64,000 bases of DNA, taken from the NCBI GenBank assembly GCA_963712275.1, contig CAVQHD010000001.1:352001-416000 (forward strand). Direction: 5' to 3'. Source of the DNA: an uncultured Rhabdochlamydiaceae bacterium (GTDB lineage Bacteria; Chlamydiota; Chlamydiia; Chlamydiales; Rhabdochlamydiaceae). Below are positions 59,540 through 64,000 of this stretch, in pieces. Every line of letters begins with the position of its first letter. Position 1 is the stretch's first letter. A model generated the notes under the pieces. The model saw only the letters and a program-made list of their open reading frames with translations, did not search any database and was not told the origin of the DNA. A program made the position numbers and the translations under genes.

Positions 59540-61419
59540 AGGGGAGAGGGGATGTTCACTGGAACATGTTCCAGCGTCGGTTTAACTTTTTTTGCATGGA
59601 CATAATCCCGTGGAATCGGCTTAAGGTGCCGAGTATCCACCTTATTGTAGAAGATTTTAGGCCCTGCTTGCTGATACTGGGCAATGGTTGTTTTACCCCA
59701 ATGGACATCATCTCTTTCAGGGAACTCCAGTTTAAAATGGGCACCGCGCGATTCATCGCGCTTAAGGGCGCCAGTTGTCATTACTAAAGCGAGTTCTAAC
59801 ATAGGACCGAATTGATTGGCAAACACATAGGTTTGGTTCATGAGCTGCCCTCGGTCGTCAAGGGAAATGTTCTGATATCTCTCTCGGAGTTCTTTGAGTT
59901 TATCGATGGTTTTCTCAAGATCAGCATTACTGCGTTTGACAGTGACATTGCGAATCATCCAATCAGACATTTCATCATGAAGGCGATGAATATTTTCGCC
60001 TCCTTCCCGTGAGAGAAGGTCGTGTTTGAGCGCCTCTTCAGAGGCGACGGCATCAGAATAGATCTTGCTGGAAAGAGCACCATAGCTCTCTTTGAGTGTC
60101 TCAACATAGCGGGGGACTTCGTTTCCTGCGACAAGACCTGCAAAAATGCAGGCGACTAGAGAGTTGGCGCCAAGCCGGTTTGCTCCATGGTATTGAAACT
60201 CCGATTCTCCAACGGAAAAACAGCCGGCGATGTTTGTCATCTGCCGAAACCGGCCCATCCGATCGGGGTCATCGGCTGCAGGCCAGTCAACCCAGGCGCC
60301 TCCCATCGAATAATGGACTGCCGGAAAAATCTTCATCGGAACCCTCTTGGGATCTTCCCCCGTAAACTTCCGATAGATATCAAGGACCGATTCCACTTTA
60401 TGAAGTTTTTTTTCTGAGAGATGGGTCATGTCGAGATAGACCTGCATGCCGCCGCCGACGCCAAGCCCCATTTCACAGATGCGTAAAATTTCACGAGCTG
60501 CAACATCGCGCGGAACGAGGTTCCCATATCCTGGATACATCTCCTCAAAGAAGTACCACGGCTCTCCTGTCTTGCCGCAGGGGATTGTTTTGCCATCAGA
60601 GGTGATGATAGTTTTGGAGGAGTCTCCCATCACCCAAATTCTTCCTCCCTCTCCTCGGGTCGACTCTGAAATCAGCCGTAGTTTATCTTCCCCTGCAATG
60701 GCCGTTGGGTGGATTTGGATAAACTCTCCATTGGCATAAAACATCCCTTGCATGAAGAGCCTTCCATTCGCAGCTCCTGTGCAAAATGTGGAATTGGTCG
60801 ATTTTTTGAAGATGAGTCCAGGACCGCCCGTGCCAAAAACCACAGCATCGGCCTTCATAATATCGAGCTTCATATTGATGAGATCCATGAATACAATTCC
60901 CCGCGCGCATCCTTGATGGTCGATCACAAGGCGCATGAATTCATGGTTCTCAAATTTTTCGATTTGGCCAAGGGCTTCATAGCGGCGTACCTGCTCATCA
61001 AGAGCATATAAAAGCTGCTGCCCTGTCGACGCCCCGCAAAAAGCGGTTCGATTATAAAGGGTCCCGCCAAAGCGGCGAAAATCAAGAGTCCCCTCGCTGG
61101 TACGACTAAATGGACAGCCGAACCTATCCATCATGCGAATGATCGCAGGAGCTGCAAGGCACATCTCAAGAACGGCCGGCTGATCTGCCAGGAAGTCTCC
61201 TCCCTTAATGGTATCATAGGCATGGATGATGGGCGAATCGTCTTCCCCTTTGAGGTTCATCGCTGCATTGATCCCTCCTTGAGCACAAACCGAATGAGAC
61301 CGCTTCACCTTTGTCACCGAAAACAATTTGACGCGGCACCCATTTTCTGCAAGCCGCATGGCCGCTGCAAGCCCTGCAAGTCCTCCACCGACGACAATGA
61401 TCTCTTTTTCTTTTTTCAT
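59536..61419 (-). CDS. sdhA: Succinate dehydrogenase flavoprotein
   Basis: RSHSVCAQGG, QIHPT, HYSMGG and HGANRLGANSL. Confidence 0.97.
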   Translation of the reverse strand: MKKEKEIIVVGGGLAGLAAAMRLAENGCRVKLFSVTKVKRSHSVCAQGGINAAMNLKGEDDSPIIHAYDTIKGGDFLADQPAVLEMCLAAPAIIRMMDRFGCPFSRTSEGTLDFRRFGGTLYNRTAFCGASTGQQLLYALDEQVRRYEALGQIEKFENHEFMRLVIDHQGCARGIVFMDLINMKLDIMKADAVVFGTGGPGLIFKKSTNSTFCTGAANGRLFMQGMFYANGEFIQIHPTAIAGEDKLRLISESTRGEGGRIWVMGDSSKTIITSDGKTIPCGKTGEPWYFFEEMYPGYGNLVPRDVAAREILRICEMGLGVGGGMQVYLDMTHLSEKKLHKVESVLDIYRKFTGEDPKRVPMKIFPAVHYSMGGAWVDWPAADDPDRMGRFRQMTNIAGCFSVGESEFQYHGANRLGANSLVACIFAGLVAGNEVPRYVETLKESYGALSSKIYSDAVASEEALKHDLLSREGGENIHRLHDEMSDWMIRNVTVKRSNADLEKTIDKLKELRERYQNISLDDRGQLMNQTYVFANQFGPMLELALVMTTGALKRDESRGAHFKLEFPERDDVHWGKTTIAQYQQAGPKIFYNKVDTRHLKPIPRDYVHAKKVKPTLEHVPVNIPSPL

Positions 61420-62405
61420 TTTTTTAAGTTAAGCCAGTAGGTTCCCCAAATGGAGGCGAGGCCAAAAAAAGCGACAAGGGCCATCAAACCCCAGGCAATT
61501 TTCAAGGCCCCTTTTTGAGCAGAGACGCGTATGACAACACCCCAGGTATTTAAAAAAGTCCATAATCCATTAAAGCCATGAAAACAGGCAGCGAGGACAA
61601 AGAGGGTATAGAGGCCTGCATAAAGGGGGCTTCTAAAGGTATCTCGAACAGTGAGAAGCGTGGCAGTGCCAAAGTCGGAGGTAACAACAACAGCTTGATG
61701 TGCATTGACTTTTTGCCGCTCGAGCTTCTCGACCCAGGCTTTCTTCTGCTCATAGGTTTGCGCAGATGCTAAAATCATCTGCTGCTGGCGATCGTATTGC
61801 TCTTTAGGGGGAAGGGTTTTTGCAGCCTCAACAAGGGTCTGCTCAGCACGTCTAGAATCAAGCTCTTTCCTTTCCTCCTCGATTTGCTCTGGCCCATACA
61901 GCTGGGCGCCAAGGCGTGAGGCAACCGTATAAAGCCCTTGATCGACAGAGACCGTGACAAAATAAAAACTCTTCTCCCCCTGGTTTAAAGAGTCGGGGTA
62001 CTCAAGAAACCGAAACTTCGCAACATGGAGGATAAGACCGACGAGCAGCACCCAGGACGAGAGCCGCTGCCACGTGTAGGCATGGTTCCGTCCATATTGA
62101 GAAAGCGCAGGAGCTGTTGCATCCGTACGATGAGAATTAAACTTGCTCGTGAAGAGGTATTTAACTCCCAAAACCGCATGGAGGCCCATCGGCACGCCCA
62201 AAAGAAAAATCTCGATCGCCTGCAAATAGGGAAGGTTATGGATCGAGTTAACCATCTCCACAAACCCTTGCGCATTATCCCCCAGGAGAAGCGCTGCCTG
62301 AGAATTCACAAGAAGGTGCTCAAAAAGAAACAGCACAATCCACAGTCCCATGAGCGAATGGAGCCTTTTCCAAATAAAAGCACGTGGAATCGTTTGCGTT
62401 GTCAT
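61416..62405 (-). CDS. sdhC: Succinate dehydrogenase cytochrome b558 subunit
   Basis: RLHSLMG, EHL, WQRLS and FHGFNGLWTF. Confidence 0.92.
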   Translation of the reverse strand: MTTQTIPRAFIWKRLHSLMGLWIVLFLFEHLLVNSQAALLLGDNAQGFVEMVNSIHNLPYLQAIEIFLLGVPMGLHAVLGVKYLFTSKFNSHRTDATAPALSQYGRNHAYTWQRLSSWVLLVGLILHVAKFRFLEYPDSLNQGEKSFYFVTVSVDQGLYTVASRLGAQLYGPEQIEEERKELDSRRAEQTLVEAAKTLPPKEQYDRQQQMILASAQTYEQKKAWVEKLERQKVNAHQAVVVTSDFGTATLLTVRDTFRSPLYAGLYTLFVLAACFHGFNGLWTFLNTWGVVIRVSAQKGALKIAWGLMALVAFFGLASIWGTYWLNLKK

Positions 62406-62414
62406 TCCTAATCA

Positions 62415-63200
62415 TTAAACATTGATGATGTGTTTTGGAAAAGAAAAAAATTGAGCTGCATTCTGTGTGATGGCTAATGCAACCTCTTCTAGAGAAATGC
62501 CTTTAAGGCGAGCGATCATCTGGGCAGTTTCAACCACATAGCCCGGCTCATTCATGCTTCCGCGCCTCGATTGAGGAGCAAGGTATGGAGTGTCGGTTTC
62601 AATGAGCATCCGATCTAAAGGGACGTGCGCTGCTACCTCTTGTAAAGCGGTTGAATTTTTAAACGTCACAATCCCGCTAAACGAAATTAGCCACCCTCTT
62701 TCTAAACACGCTTTAGCCTCACCGATCGTTCCTGTAAAGCAATGAAGAACAGCGCTGATCTCCTTCCCCTTTTTATCGACTTCTGTAAAAAGATCTTGAA
62801 ACGCTTCTCTGCAATGGAAAATGACGGGCAATTTTGTTTCGATTGCAAGATCGAGATACCGGCTGAGATGGTTTTCCTGAAGCTCTCTTGGAGAGTGTTC
62901 ATAATGATAATCAAGACCTGTTTCTCCAATGGCAATCAGCTTGCCCTCGCGAGCGCACGTTGCAACCTCCTGGAAAAATACCTCTCCGATTTCCTCCACA
63001 TCATGAGGCGTTGCGGCCGCGGCATTAAAGACCCACCGATGCCGCTCTACAAGTCGAAGCCCCCTTTCAAGGCTCTCATGATCGGTGCAAATATTAACGA
63101 TACCCCGAACATCATGCTGCTCAGCCCTCTGCAGCATTTCTTCTACGTGATCAACCACCTTTCGGCTTGTCAGGTGAGCGTGAGAATCAATAAACATCAA
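62415..63200 (-). CDS. tatD: TatD-family nuclease
   Basis: DSHAH, IGETGLDY, HCF and ETDTPYLAP. Confidence 0.95.
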   Translation of the reverse strand: MMFIDSHAHLTSRKVVDHVEEMLQRAEQHDVRGIVNICTDHESLERGLRLVERHRWVFNAAAATPHDVEEIGEVFFQEVATCAREGKLIAIGETGLDYHYEHSPRELQENHLSRYLDLAIETKLPVIFHCREAFQDLFTEVDKKGKEISAVLHCFTGTIGEAKACLERGWLISFSGIVTFKNSTALQEVAAHVPLDRMLIETDTPYLAPQSRRGSMNEPGYVVETAQMIARLKGISLEEVALAITQNAAQFFSFPKHIINV

Positions 63201-63303
63201 TGATCATTATCGAGTATATTCAGTTAGATCTCCAGAAAAATCTTGATAAAAATTCTTATGATGATCATTCTTGTCTAGCAAAATCTTTAAGCAGGAGAGT
63301 AGG

Positions 63304-64000
63304 ATGGCTATTATAGGCGACGCAATACGAAAGAAGTTCTTTTTCCAAAAAGCAGATAAGGTTAGCGAGTGCATTGAAAAAGCGCTCAACCAGATTGATT
63401 CATTGACGCAAAACACATTTCGATCGGTTAATGAAAAAGCTTTGCTGCAGCAAGCTGTGGCAGCAGGACACGCTTCAAAGCTGATCGGAACGTTTAAAAC
63501 CTCTTATATCGACTGCTTAGATCAGACCGTTGAAAAGACCGACGCCGCCGTCCAACGCACCCTGACTCAAATCGAAGGAATCATCAACGATCTGGTCGAG
63601 GCTGCCAATATGAGTAAAACTGTTGAGCGGATCGAATTTTTAATCAGAGACTTTCCCTTTGTTAAAAATCAGCCGCGGGTTTTTGAAGTCACTCCAAGAT
63701 GTCTGGTTTTTACTGAGGTAGATCATAACATCGTCATCAAGCTCTCAGGACAATTTCCTGAGGCTGAAGAAAAAACAGCTCCCACCCTCTCTCTTCAAGG
63801 CAAGCAGTTTAACCCCATCCATCACGTCGCCAAGGAACTTGCTTTTTCAGTTCCTTTATCGACCCTGTTTCCCGACCGCTCAAATGCACCCGTTAGCAAG
63901 ATTTCTCTCTGTTCGTTTGATATCAAAATTCCTTTTCGTACAGAACAAAAAGGCCTTCTCACCTCGTCTTCGAAAGAAAGATGTTTTTACTTTACAAGCT
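63304..64000 (+). CDS. Hypothetical protein, partial (runs off window end)
   Basis: GGAG RBS, then ATG 63304 (MAIIGDAIRKKFFFQ...); no stop seen by manual reading to the window end. Confidence 0.65.
   Translation, partial: MAIIGDAIRKKFFFQKADKVSECIEKALNQIDSLTQNTFRSVNEKALLQQAVAAGHASKLIGTFKTSYIDCLDQTVEKTDAAVQRTLTQIEGIINDLVEAANMSKTVERIEFLIRDFPFVKNQPRVFEVTPRCLVFTEVDHNIVIKLSGQFPEAEEKTAPTLSLQGKQFNPIHHVAKELAFSVPLSTLFPDRSNAPVSKISLCSFDIKIPFRTEQKGLLTSSSKERCFYFTS

Overview
Chromosomal window from an environmental member of Chlamydiota. The assignment is inferred from gene order (rpsL-rpsG-fusA-rpsJ without tuf, lipA-lpdA-CT556-like, secA/psd/nth, sdhCAB-tatD) and chlamydial-type protein sequences. Core blocks are a YbhGFSR-OMF efflux operon, mnmE-ruvA-ruvC-tsp, the str operon, two OppA genes, lipA/lpdA, secA, psd, nth, sdhCAB and tatD. 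Between them lie lineage-specific, eukaryote-like effector candidates: a TM+ubiquitin-like+BTB protein with a shorter paralog, a USP deubiquitinase, a ~1000-aa protein ending in a CaaX motif, and Inc-like coiled-coil proteins. An IS-rich accessory region (about 36.8-57.7 kb) holds an IS1634, an IS630 with 106-bp perfect TIRs, two copies of a 1575-bp DDE IS, and an AT-rich four-gene biosynthetic operon (AdmH/EncP-type MIO enzyme, MFS, stand-alone adenylation enzyme, SAM methyltransferase). The most notable observations are: that operon; a three-gene Inc-like operon whose three products reappear fused in one IS-interrupted gene nearby; a 92-bp MITE inserted in frame in a lipoprotein signal peptide; and a promoter-small structured RNA-terminator-NYN nuclease cassette. 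No tRNA, rRNA or CRISPR array was seen. All family assignments come from motif recognition by eye, not database searches.
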